Below are positions 39,857 to 50,739 of a stretch of 64,000 nucleotides of DNA, one piece after another (position 1 is the stretch's first letter; each line of letters begins with the position of its first letter). Under the pieces are notes generated by a model. That model was given only the letters and a program-made list of their open reading frames with translations, was not told the DNA's origin and did no database searches. The position numbers were made by a program, and so were the translations under genes. The stretch comes from Paragordius varius (Eukaryota; Animalia; Nematomorpha): NCBI GenBank assembly GCA_964247055.1, contig OZ176055.1, positions 3,534,001-3,598,000 of the forward strand. Direction: 5' to 3'.

Positions 39857-42800
39857 TCATACTGTAGTATATAATGAATTTTAAAAAAAAGGCATTAAAA
39901 CTTAAGATTTTTCCAAAAAATATTTAAACGGTGCGCGAATTTAACAATCGAATAATTTTGGTTGATTAAATAAATTTCGCAATAACTTTTATAATTGACA
40001 CTATGCGATTCAATGAATGCTCTTGGTAAAAATGCTAAAAATTGTTAGGAATTTTATGTTTTGATAAAACATACTGAAGGAAGAAAATTCAAAAAATAGT
40101 AATAAATTTTTAATTCAATGACTAATTGGTTTTACCATCTATAAATCAAATTTGTCGATTTATTCATATATTGATAAGATTTGATTAAAAATTTTCAAGC
40201 GGTAATTTTATATTTACATGCGCACACCTAGTAAAAATCAATAAAAAAATTCTTAGCCCATCCTATATACCAATTGATATTTAAAAATAGCCAGGTTATC
40301 CAGATTAATTACATACTTTATTTTATCTCAAAGCGTTTCTTCCTTAACACATATCCAGCCAAATAAGCAATAAAATTATATTTTACATTTATTTTAAATC
40401 TATTTTTAAACAACAAATAAACAATGATATTTTAATATACATTTTTAAATTCTTAAAAAATACCTTAAACCTTTTGATAAAATTCAATAAACCTATCGAC
40501 CGTAGATTGGTCCAAAAAAATTAAAGAGTAAAATTTGCAACAAGAAACCTTGTTTAGTTTAATGCCCGGCATTATTAGTAATTTAACCATTATGTTAAGT
40601 TTATATGTGGTTCAGTGCGAATTTTTATTCCTATACTATGCGGCCATCCGAAAAAATATTTCTGGAGCCCGCGAGAAATTCTAAAGACACTATTTTACGA
40701 AATATAAATCTAATTGATTTTTTCAAACAACTTTGCTGAATATTAGTCTTCTTTACGAATTTCAACAATGAACCAGCGAAAATTGTTAAATTAAAAAGGA
40801 GATTTTAACAGACTTAAGTTTAAATTCTAAATTTTGAAAATGCAGCCCGCGAAGGCATTTATGTTGTGAACACTCGTGATAAATATATCAAGCTACATTG
40901 ATTAATATTTCAAGAAAAATCTTTTTATGATAAATAAATTACAAATAAATAATTTTCCATTTAAAAATTTTTCGTTTAAATATATCTATTTGCTTTCGGT
41001 TTATCTAAATAATATTTACTAAAAAAACAAATTTTTTAAAAAAAATGTTTTCGTTAATCATGTAAGTTAACCGGAAGTAACAAATTAAACAAACAATATT
41101 AATATATCTTTATGTATAAACTCGTGTATGTATAAAGAAGATAACATCAATATTCATTAAAAAAATAAATGTTAAAAACACCGGTGTGTTTATATTTACG
41201 GTGTTCAACTCATAAATATAGATTGGTATAAATCCAATGCAGATATTTTTACTTATAAAATTTTAATCCGTTTTTTATATTTAACTATGATAAATTATCC
41301 ATTAATAAATTTTACAATTTCGACTTTACAAGTAATTTTTTTCTCATGCCAAATTGTTACTAATTTACATAGACAAGTTTAAGTAATAACATTTAAATTG
41401 AACCATAACAACAGACCTATCCTAGAAATATAAAAAGTTTTTTTAAATTAAACAAATTATCACAAACGTTTATTGGTCGGCACAGAAAAGCAAAAAAACT
41501 TTTTTTAGTACTAAATAACTCGTAGAAAAAAAGACAAAAAAGTTTAAAAAACATATAGTTAAAGTGATTAAATTTTGAAAAAGCATTATTATAGTTTGTA
41601 TAATTTGAGCCGAAATTATAAATATATTAACCTATTAACAATATTGCGTCAAAAAGTCATTTTTACGAAAGGAATGACTCAAAAAGGGGTATAATTATAC
41701 TACATGTTAAAATTCGATAAAGAAATCTATAAACATTAACCTAATAAAATCAACTTAATGTGTATACATATATTATTAGGAAAGCGATTTTTAAACATAG
41801 TATATATCATAAAATTATCAACGCCGGGGTTAATGGATAAAAGTAATAAATTATTAAAACGTACATTTTTAATTACTATTTTTTCTAACAGTTACAGAGT
41901 TTTAAAATTTAAATAAGCATACATACCAAAAATATATTTCGTTCATCAAACGTTACAGATGCCTGACTCCAATCTATGACTTCGGAAAAGGGTAAAACCC
42001 AACCATTACTAAACACAACGGGTATACAACCGGCTTTAAGAACCTCTAAAAATCGATAACTGGCTAGCCGTCTCCCCCGTGGAACTAAACAGAACGTGCT
42101 ATGGTGCAACAGATCATTGTAATCCCACCTATGAAAAAATATTGATTTATATAATATTATAAGCGAGTCGCACTAAATTTTCATTTTATATAGGTATGAT
42201 TATAATAAGAAATCAAATCACAAGGTTTCGGCTCTCAGGCAAAATTTGTGTTTTTAACTTCATTAAAATTATATAATAAACTATCCCGGCCCCAAAACAT
42301 TTTTTGCCAAAATAACTTAGTTCTTGTTCAAGTTATAAACTGCTTATTTAAAATATATTAACTAATGTACTTTTTTAAAAATATACGATAAAATATTAAA
42401 AATAAACCTAAAACTATGCATAAAAAATTAATATATAGCAGAAAAATTTAAACAGCGTTGAAATCAACGATTTTTAGGACATTTTTATAAAGTAAAAACG
42501 GTTAAAAAAAATAAAAGCGTAAAAAGTGATGACAAACTTATCATATTCGGCGTTATCGATTTCACATCGTTCATCCTGATACTTTTTCCAATCCATGTGT
42601 TTGCAAGTAGTAACTAAGATAACATCATCCCCATTATGTAGGTAATGAAGTGAATTACGGGTCTCAGAACCGTACCCATAAACGTAACGTTTACCCTTAA
42701 AAGTTAACAAATATTTTTGATGATCGTTGTTCATATGCTTATTTTTGTCCAAAGATTTGGATGAGACAACAGAAGAAGCAGTTAGTGTTTTGGAAAGGTC

Positions 42801-43424
42801 TGATAAAGATCCCTCAATATTACTGTGATTAAAATTCTGTAACACAAACATTTCATTAAACAGTGGAAAGGAAATATCAATACCAGCTCTATAATATTTT
42901 TCGACTGAATTTGAGCTAACTATTATGGCGTTCCCGGTTTCAAAACTAAGTTTTTCATTGTAATCTGGGTAAGTCCCGGCATACATATTAAAAATTAAGT
43001 GATTCGTTCCATTTCGCCAATAAATATTGTTTTCTTTAAAGGTTTTCTCGTTCACATAATTGTAATCATTACTCAACTTGTCTTGATTAAGAGTATCAAT
43101 ACTGGGGACAAAGAGACATGATGTATTTGGGTTCGAATTAAAATATTTTGATTGGTAAAGTGCATTTATTAAATTAATGTGGGTAGTGGAACTTTTTGAT
43201 TTATTAGGATAAATGTACACTGAAAATTTTGAACATATATCGAGATTGTAGGATGAGTTAATTGTTTTTTTATTACGTTTTCCCGATGATACTGTCGATT
43301 TACATCTTAAACTAAAATATTTTCCCCATGGCGAAAGCGAATATTGCGTGTAAATTACGTATCCACAAAATAGGGTCCATAAAATCAATATAATCACTGC
43401 TAAACACCGATATTTAAAATGCAT
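35933..43424 (-). CDS. EXT1: Exostosin-1 (heparan sulfate polymerase subunit; TM anchor, GT47, divergent GT64), 5 exons
   Basis: Exons 42538-43424, 41927-42128, 38567-38686, 37000-37970 and 35933-36497. Peptides [81 protein letters not shown]|IIKDRI, VWNTHPG are EXT1/tout-velu-specific. Confidence 0.93.
36563..36731. mobile_element. MITE family B copy in the last EXT1 intron
   Basis: gcattttaatggttgtttatatcacactacagt ... actatagtgtgaaataagcaaccattaaaatgc; internal sequence is similar to 18561-18741. Confidence 0.75.
38288..38470. repeat. Two-copy 99-bp tandem duplication in EXT1 intron 3
   Basis: taagt(a/g)ttattgtattaatat...attataattcagctattattaaatgaaacta starts at 38288 and 38387. Confidence 0.9.
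38792..39010. mobile_element. hAT MITE family E copy
   Basis: taggggtgtccaaca...gcggccgc ... gtgttggacaacacccctg; no clean TSD. Confidence 0.75.
39328..39475. repeat. Minisatellite, about 7 copies of a ~21-bp unit (ttttttcaaccaaacgcaaca)
   Basis: Direct inspection; lies in EXT1 intron 2. Confidence 0.85.
39667..39864. mobile_element. TA|CAGTATG MITE with a (TA)n expansion inside the right TIR
   Basis: cagtatggtaagtatacaagctagtttt is mirrored by aaaactagcaatgta(ta)n ctcatactg|ta. Confidence 0.65.
39950..40380 (-). pseudogene. Possible relic of a P-element/THAP9-like transposase C-terminus
   Basis: [12 protein letters not shown] resembles the L.YIAGYV.RK block; later [23 protein letters not shown]. 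Heavily degraded. Confidence 0.35.
40639..40878. mobile_element. Degenerate hAT MITE family E copy
   Basis: gcggccatcc...gagcccgcgagaaatt and gcagcccgcgaaggcatttatgttgtgaacactcgtg ends. Confidence 0.6.
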
Positions 43425-43568
43425 ATGTAAAAATGCATAGCTAAACAATTTTTTACTCCTCTTGCGTGCAAATATTTACCTGATGGCCACTTCTCCGAAA
43501 CATTCATAATACATCTGATTTTTTTTAATTTACGCAAATTTTTACTTGGCAAACAATAGAAGAACGAA
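43425..43568. promoter_or_regulatory. Putative bidirectional promoter and 5' UTRs between EXT1 and GOSR1
   Basis: Only 144 bp separate the two divergent ATGs (43424 and 43569). Confidence 0.7.
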
Positions 43569-44267
43569 ATGTCTGGGATGTGGGAATTATTTCGCAAAGA
43601 AGCTATGCAATGGGAATATGAAATCGATTCAAAGTTAATTTTACTAGGGAAGTTATGCGTTAAAACCTCTGATGTCGATAAGAATGGTATCTCTTCATCT
43701 GAAAGTGTTATAACCGATTTACAAACTTTACTGAATCAATTGGAAGAAGTGAACAATAAAATGGGCGGATTTGTTGAAAACGAAAGTGCTTGTGGACGAG
43801 TTCCACCTTCCACATATTATCATACACTCCAGAGACACAAGGAAATATATCAAGATTATAAGAATGAATTCGAAACCCTGAAAGCCAACATCAAACAAAA
43901 TAAACAACGTCAAGATTTATTAGCTTCCACAAATGCGCTTCACAAGGTTGAATATTCCTTTAACAACAAATATTCACCACACAATCGTAAATTGGAAATG
44001 CATTTGAAGGAACAAGAACAGCTAAAAAATTCCGAAAAATTGATTGACCATCAAATTGATATGGCATATTTTACTAAAGAAAATTTAAAGTTACAACGGC
44101 GCAATCTCCTCTTTATATCCAAGAAACTTAATTTGATATTTGAAAAACTTCCCATCATTAATAGACTTTCGCAACGAATTGGTTTTAAAAAGCGGAAAGA
44201 AGCTTTTATACTAGGATCTGTAATAGCTACCTGCTTTATTATTTTATTTTTATATATGATTCATTAA
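43569..44267 (+). CDS. GOSR1: Golgi SNAP receptor complex member 1 (GS28/Gos1 Qb-SNARE), single exon
   Basis: WELFRKEAMQWEYEIDSKL, HTLQRHKEIYQDYKNEF, LKEQEQLKNSEKLIDHQI, KLPIINRLSQRIGFKKRKEAFILGSVIATCFIILFLY (C-terminal TM). Confidence 0.92.
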   Translation: MSGMWELFRKEAMQWEYEIDSKLILLGKLCVKTSDVDKNGISSSESVITDLQTLLNQLEEVNNKMGGFVENESACGRVPPSTYYHTLQRHKEIYQDYKNEFETLKANIKQNKQRQDLLASTNALHKVEYSFNNKYSPHNRKLEMHLKEQEQLKNSEKLIDHQIDMAYFTKENLKLQRRNLLFISKKLNLIFEKLPIINRLSQRIGFKKRKEAFILGSVIATCFIILFLYMIH

Positions 44268-44957
44268 TTGATGTGATTTAACCGCTCACTTATTTTACTT
44301 ATGGATCTAATTAAAATTAATATATTTTTTACTATATTTATTTATTTACGAAACTTTTATTGCATTTACTTTTGAACAGAGTTTTGGATAGATGTCTCCT
44401 TATTTATTTTTTGGGAAGTTATTATTAAAAGTGGAATTTCATCTATTAATAACTTAATTTAAAAAATTAACACTTATTTGATTTATCCTATAAAAATGTC
44501 ATTTATATTTCATTTTTAAAATATAAAAATTTAACATTTTGAAGACTATCTTGATAAATAAATTAGTAACTCGTTTTAAATATATAAATTTATCAAACTT
44601 ACATGAAAAATTTTAAAAATATAAATCAAATTGGCACAAAGTTTTAACTTATAAAAATACATGATAGAAGCATAGTCCAAAAAAATTTCTTATTTTATGA
44701 ACTTCGCCGTAGCGTTTTTAAATTTAGTAAAACAGAGGTTTTTTGAATGGTTGAAAATTATTGGAATAGGGATGTTTAAATCCTATTTCATAATATTCAT
44801 TTACACAGATTTATGGCAAAATATAAGCCTTTACCTTATATTTTAATAGGATAATCAGCATTTTGTAGTATTTATTTATCTTAGATGACACCCATTTTAT
44901 CGAAGCCTGAGGGAACATAATCAATTTTTATCATTTATACCAAAAAGTAGAATAAAC

Positions 44958-45831
44958 CAGGGCTTGGAACCGGTTCAAAAAAAGTGGAACCGGAACCGCG
45001 TTGGTTCTAAAGAACTAAAAAATAGAACCGGGCGGTTCCTAAAATTTTGGAACCGGAACCGGGGTGGTTCCTAAATAATGGAACCGGAACTACCTTGGTT
45101 CCTTAAAAATTTAGCGGTTCAACCGGTTTCTTACATTTAGAACCGGTTCCATTTTCTGTTCCTGACTTTTTAAATGATTTACAAAATTATTATTAGAATA
45201 ATGTAACCAAAATTAAATCAAACAATTTATTATGAATTGCCAAATGTATAGTGAAAGAAATATAGTGTAGCATAATAAATGATTATAAAATTATAATAGG
45301 AAAATGTATAAGTACAAAGGTATAAAATGAGAGTTAAATTAAGTATGGCATCTAAAAATCTTTATTTAACTAAAAGATTATTGCACCAAGCAATTCGCTG
45401 GTCAAACTGCTTCTCAAGTCTGAAAATAGAAAATTAAGGGTGAAAAATTCCTTTCAACAAAGACCTATATATAAGAACATATGTATTATAAATAAACTTG
45501 AGTTATGACTTAGTTTTTTAGAAGAGCCGAATCGTCCATAATTCAGAGAGTATCGCTAATATTAGCCGCTTAGTTTTAGGTTTGAAGTATGTTGTAATGT
45601 GTAGTGGTACAATCAAATTTAAAGAATAAAATAAAATCTTTTTGATAAAAATCACATGGGAACCAGTAATTAAGGGGGTGGAACCGGAACCGGGTTGTTT
45701 CCTGAACGGTTGGAACCAGAACCGGGTCGGTTCCTAAAAATTTATAGATAGAACTGGGGTGGTTCAGTTCCATCCCAATGGAACCGGTTTTTATTAAAAT
45801 CCCAGGAACCGGGTTCCGGTTCCAAGCCCTG
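44958..45831. mobile_element. Non-autonomous hAT element (874 bp) with subterminal GGAACCGG arrays
   Basis: 15-bp perfect TIR cagggcttggaaccg / cggttccaagccctg; 8-bp TSD gaataaac / aaataaac (7/8 match). Confidence 0.9.
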
Positions 45832-47574
45832 AAATAAACTGTTTGTTTTACACTATATTTAGTTTTATAAAAATTTTAGCACCTTTGTATATAAATATGT
45901 CCAACTAAGGTTCAATGAAAGGACATCAAAAATAAATTAACGTTCAATTTGTAATGCTTTTTTAAAAATTAATATTAATATAATCAGTTAATGTTTGCGA
46001 CAAACAATACCGGTTATATATATTGTTACATCCAAATAGATATACTAACACACCCCATAAACAATTATTTTAATTTAAGAATAAAAAATTTCGATGTTTA
46101 GTCCCATTGGGGTTATCTTAATGCTGAATTTCGCCTCTACTCAATATCTATTATGAATGGCTGTGATTTTCATGCAACTATATTCCAGTTAATAATTAAA
46201 ATAATGTTTGTAATATTTTAATTAAAATACATTTGGCTCTAGATTATATTGGTATTTTCAGTCATCATAAAAATAATTTGAAATCGCTCGATTAAAAATA
46301 AAGGTGTATAATTGTTGTATAATGCGTGGCTTTAAAATAAGTTATTTCTAGTTAAAAATGACTTGTGCTTCATAAGACTTTAATTGCATAATTTCAAAAC
46401 AATGTTTATGCAATAAATCTTATTAAACATTTTGTTTGGATTTTGTTTTTAAGGAAATAAACAAAATTAATTTATTGTGGTCTTATAGAAGATTCAGGAT
46501 TAAAATTGTTCCAAATTAAAATAAAAGACCCTCAAAAATGCTAATATACTCAAGTTAATCTTATTGCGCCTGTGTTATTATGTCAAAATTCGGTTTAAGC
46601 ACAGAGTTAAATAATATATAAATAGTTAATTAACTATTTTTAATTCGAAAAGTAGCAATTTTGAATAAATTACACAAAGTTAAACAATAGAAATACGGCA
46701 TAATTAAGTTAAGTTACTCTCCACTCATAATATATATCCATTTCAAATCAAAGCCTTTCATAATTAGCTAGCTTTAGCCCATTGAACCTCTATTTCAATT
46801 ATAATATATTATAGATAAAATTAATTTTATTTAGTATGATAAATTATTTTATTCATCTAAAACCACAAAAATGGATTGAGGATAATCGTAGAAAAAGACT
46901 GGATTAAAATTTATTCAATGATGTAATCTGTATATACATCCTTAATGTAAACCTTATTATTATAATTTGAAATAGATTATATATATAGCTATGTATCTGC
47001 AAGCATGATTTTAGTAATTTATTTAATTTATTTTACATTTATTTATCCCTTAACTAGTCAGATTTAAGGCAATTTTACTCTCACTTTTAAATCATTTCAT
47101 ATGTTTTATGACAGTAAAATTAATTTATTTTGCCTACGTGTCAAAGGGAAATAGAGGTTTCTAGCAGGTTAAATCGAAATTATAATAATTTATTTAATCA
47201 TGATACAATTTAATCCTTAATCTATTTAGATATCTGGTGGTTGACTAAATCGCGCATAATTATTTGTTTTACTTATTCTGAATCAAATTAACATTCGTGG
47301 AAATCATTAAATTAGAGTATTTATTTGGTAGTGCTTGATAAGAATATATTATAATTACGATAAAACAGGCATATTTTCACAAAAATATAATATCCTACAA
47401 ATTCTAAAATTTGGACTAGTATCTAATTGTAATTTCCTAAAATTGTGACTTTTTTAGGCTATTAATTTAATTGAATTATAATCTTTTATACAATGCATTA
47501 TTATATAGCAAACTGGTGAAAGTTGATTACTACATTCATTATGTATCGAAATCGGGATATTTATAACTTTAGAA

Positions 47575-47815
47575 CAAGGGTGGCCAAGGCCCGCGAAAAT
47601 TTTTGGAATCCATAAATTTTAAAAATATGCTTACAAAATTTTATGATATTTCCTATACAATTTTCTGAATGAGTCTATCCAATTGGCAAGAACTAGAAAA
47701 TTGGTATATTGGATTGCCTTTTCCAGTTTTTTGTTTCAAATCTAAATCCTTATGACTGACTACCCATATATATTTCGAATGCGGCCCGCGAAGCCATTTG
47801 TGTCGGACACCCCTG
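47575..47815. mobile_element. hAT MITE family E copy with perfect TSD
   Basis: caagggtggccaaggcccgcg ... gcggcccgcgaagccatttgtgtcggacacccctg; ctttagaa at 47567-47574 and 47816-47823. Confidence 0.88.
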
Positions 47816-48123
47816 CTTTAGAAATTTGGGGAGAAAAAATGCGTTAAGATTTTTAATGTTTTTTTGGTTTTGGTCGAGTCATTTTAAAAATGCTTGTTCT
47901 AAAAACTGTAATAACCACGTTAAGTTGAGCTTTTTTGTGCGAATCTAAAAGCTTAAACCAAAATATTTTGTTGATATATTAAAAATATATTTAAAAACAA
48001 CATATATTTTAAATTTTATTTTTATATATACATCGAATGTGTCATATTTTTAAAACCCGCAAAAATGAGCCAATTTTAAAATAAACTTAAAAAGCCGATG
48101 TTACGCTAATTAGGAATTTCAAA

Positions 48124-48430
48124 TATATCATTTACACTTCAAATTCACTCTTGAACAATTTAAATTCATCCTCGAACAATTCAAATTCACCCTAAAATTA
48201 ATTATGTCCGTCCTTTTTAATATTAATTATCCCAATATTTTTTAATATTTAAAAAATGAAATTTGTTATTAAAATAATACTGAATAATAATAAATTTAGA
48301 CATAAGAATTTATTTCATGTTAATGGTAAGTTATATTCCGAAAACATAAAATTTATTTTTAAGGTGATTCGAATTCGAGGATGAATTTGAATTGTATAAG
48401 GGTGAATTTTAATTGTAAATGGCATATATA
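48124..48430. mobile_element. MITE family D copy
   Basis: atttacacttcaaattcactcttgaacaatt arm inverted with aattgtataagggtgaattttaattgtaaatggcata. Confidence 0.7.
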
Positions 48431-48885
48431 ACTAGATCATGGAATACACATAAATTTTTCTAAAAAGGATACTTTGCACTTGAGAAAAAATTGATAATCT
48501 CTTTAAGTATCTGCTTGCTGAAAACGACATAATAAATTTCAAATATAGAAGCATTTTTATAATTCAATACGCTGAAGATTTTTATCCGATAATTCGCTGT
48601 AGAATTCGTTGGTCTCCAATTTAATTAATTATTTAACTATTATATATAAAATTTATGCCAAAAATTAACAAAATCGCAAGGTGATAGAAGTGTTTAGCGA
48701 CATTGAATTTTGCAGAGAGTTTTATACTGTTCCCAGCCATGCTTTTGAAGTACCTATACATTTCAAAAACTTGAAAATTTTTTTAAATTTTGCGTTTTAT
48801 ATAATTGATGGGGTTGTCAAAATCATAGTGTAAAAAACCATATTATTGTTTAGGATCAGTGAGTAGAGAAAAATATAGTTTATCG

Positions 48886-49790
48886 ACCAGGTGAAGTCAG
48901 AAGTTATTTCCAGTTTAACTATGAGATGACGTCAGAGAAAAGTACGCAGACGATTAATTTGATATAGATCCCATTTAGTTCATCTGACATAAACAAGAAA
49001 CATACATAAGTTGCAAAAACTAGCGTCTTATTTTCATCGTTCAGTAATCATCTCAAATCCGATGCCTGAAATGAAACATGTTATCGTTTGTTGGCAATGT
49101 TATATCAATTAACACAGGTGAAACATAGTTAATAAAAAGCAATTTCATGCCAAAGCGTGTAGGCGCTCTGGTAGACAGACATCTGAAGACGAAGGGAAGA
49201 GTTATTGGATGATTATCCCACTACCAATATAAGCTTAACAATTGGCAGAAGCATTACATGTATTGCAAAAAACAATCCATCGATACGAGCTATGAAAAGA
49301 CTAATAAACTCGATAAATGGGTGCCAAATTTGAATAAACGTTAAATCGAAAATTGCAGTGACTTGTGAAATCCTACTTCATCGTCACGAAAAGATATTTT
49401 CGCATCGGGGACGGGTGATGTAATGGTTTTATTTTGTAAATCCAGAGCGGATAATCGTGTCTTTCACCTTAAATCGGTCCACCCACACCAATGCCAAATC
49501 GCTTCGGCAAGCAAACCGTGCATTGTGTTGAGGATCAGAGGGATATCGTATTATGATCTTAATGAAAGACCTTAAAATCGGTTCAATGAAAAAATCTTTA
49601 GCATCCGCCGAGCTCCTGCTGGCGCCATCTGTGAATTCAACTTAGCATCAACGGGGCACTAGCAGCACTTGAACGATTCGAAGGCGTAGAAATATGGCTA
49701 TATGAAAATTTTGAACAAAACACAATAATCAGTTTTTCTGGAACGGCATTCATATATTATTTGAGAGATGTGTGAAATGTGTAAAAGCCG
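48886..49790 (+). mobile_element. Decayed mariner transposon (Mos1-like DD34D family) with internal deletion
   Basis: Frameshifted blocks RRSGRQ, QLAEALHV..TIHR, KLDKWVP, CEILLHRH, TGD, WFYFVNPER, GISYYDL, HPP..LAPS, FEGVEIWL. A ccaggtg start at ~48887 resembles mariner TIRs. Confidence 0.78.
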
Positions 49791-50739
49791 ATGTCCAATT
49801 TGAATAAATTAATGATTGATTTTTTCTAAAAAATATATTTTTTTACAAAAATACCGTAAAAACTTTGATTAAAGCTGGTATAAGCACATTTCATTCTTTA
49901 ATAAGTGACTATTATTAAAGCATTAAAACAAAAGGCAAAAGTATATGCTTTCTAACATATATTTACATTGACTATAGAACCAATTTAAATACATTCACCA
50001 GTAATATTTCTCAATCCGAAAAAATAACTATCGCACAATATCGGCCTTTTTGCGGCGATATTAAAATGCTGTTGGATATAACCGGTTGCATACTGTGACG
50101 GCATATTTAATTCCAGTCCAACAATTTTAAAAATATTTCTAACACCTGATTCAAAAATTAATATAAATATTGGTATATAACTTTTTTTTAATATTAAAAA
50201 AAATATTTTAAAAAAATTAAACTTTCATCATTATCTAACATGATATACATTTCCAATTGTTAAGAGTATAGCTTAATCAACTCCCTCTATCACTGACTTA
50301 TTTTTCTAGTACGGTTCAAAAAACTTATACAAAAACGCTAACTACTTTTAATTTAAACAACATGCTAGCTAGGCCTTACAAGAAAAGATAAAATTAAATA
50401 ACAAAAGGTAAAATGCATTTATCCAATTTTTATTGGACAAATCAATGGGCATATATTTACACCATGAACTCTTACAAATATCTTATATTTGTTATTTAAA
50501 GTCATTTGAAAAAAATGGAAATTGATTAACATAACATATTGGGATCGCTATACGCATAAAAATTTAATTAACTACTTTGAGTGTACTTAATGGTTTATAA
50601 ATGTTTAAGTAAGAATGCTATTGGCAATATAATGTGTGTTTCAATTTTTTCAGCTCTCATAACTAATTATATTAAATAATGATTGTAAAATATTAAATAA
50701 AAATGCATTTATTTTTATTATGTATTTATATTTCCAATA

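Noticed and set aside
43425-43448. TTG-initiated N-terminal extension of EXT1 given in the ORF track
   Set aside because: An in-frame ATG at 43424 directly precedes the type II TM anchor; no reason to invoke a non-ATG start.
48940-48960. YADD-like reverse-transcriptase motif
   Set aside because: Isolated and flanked by stops; the surrounding sequence is better explained as a mariner element.
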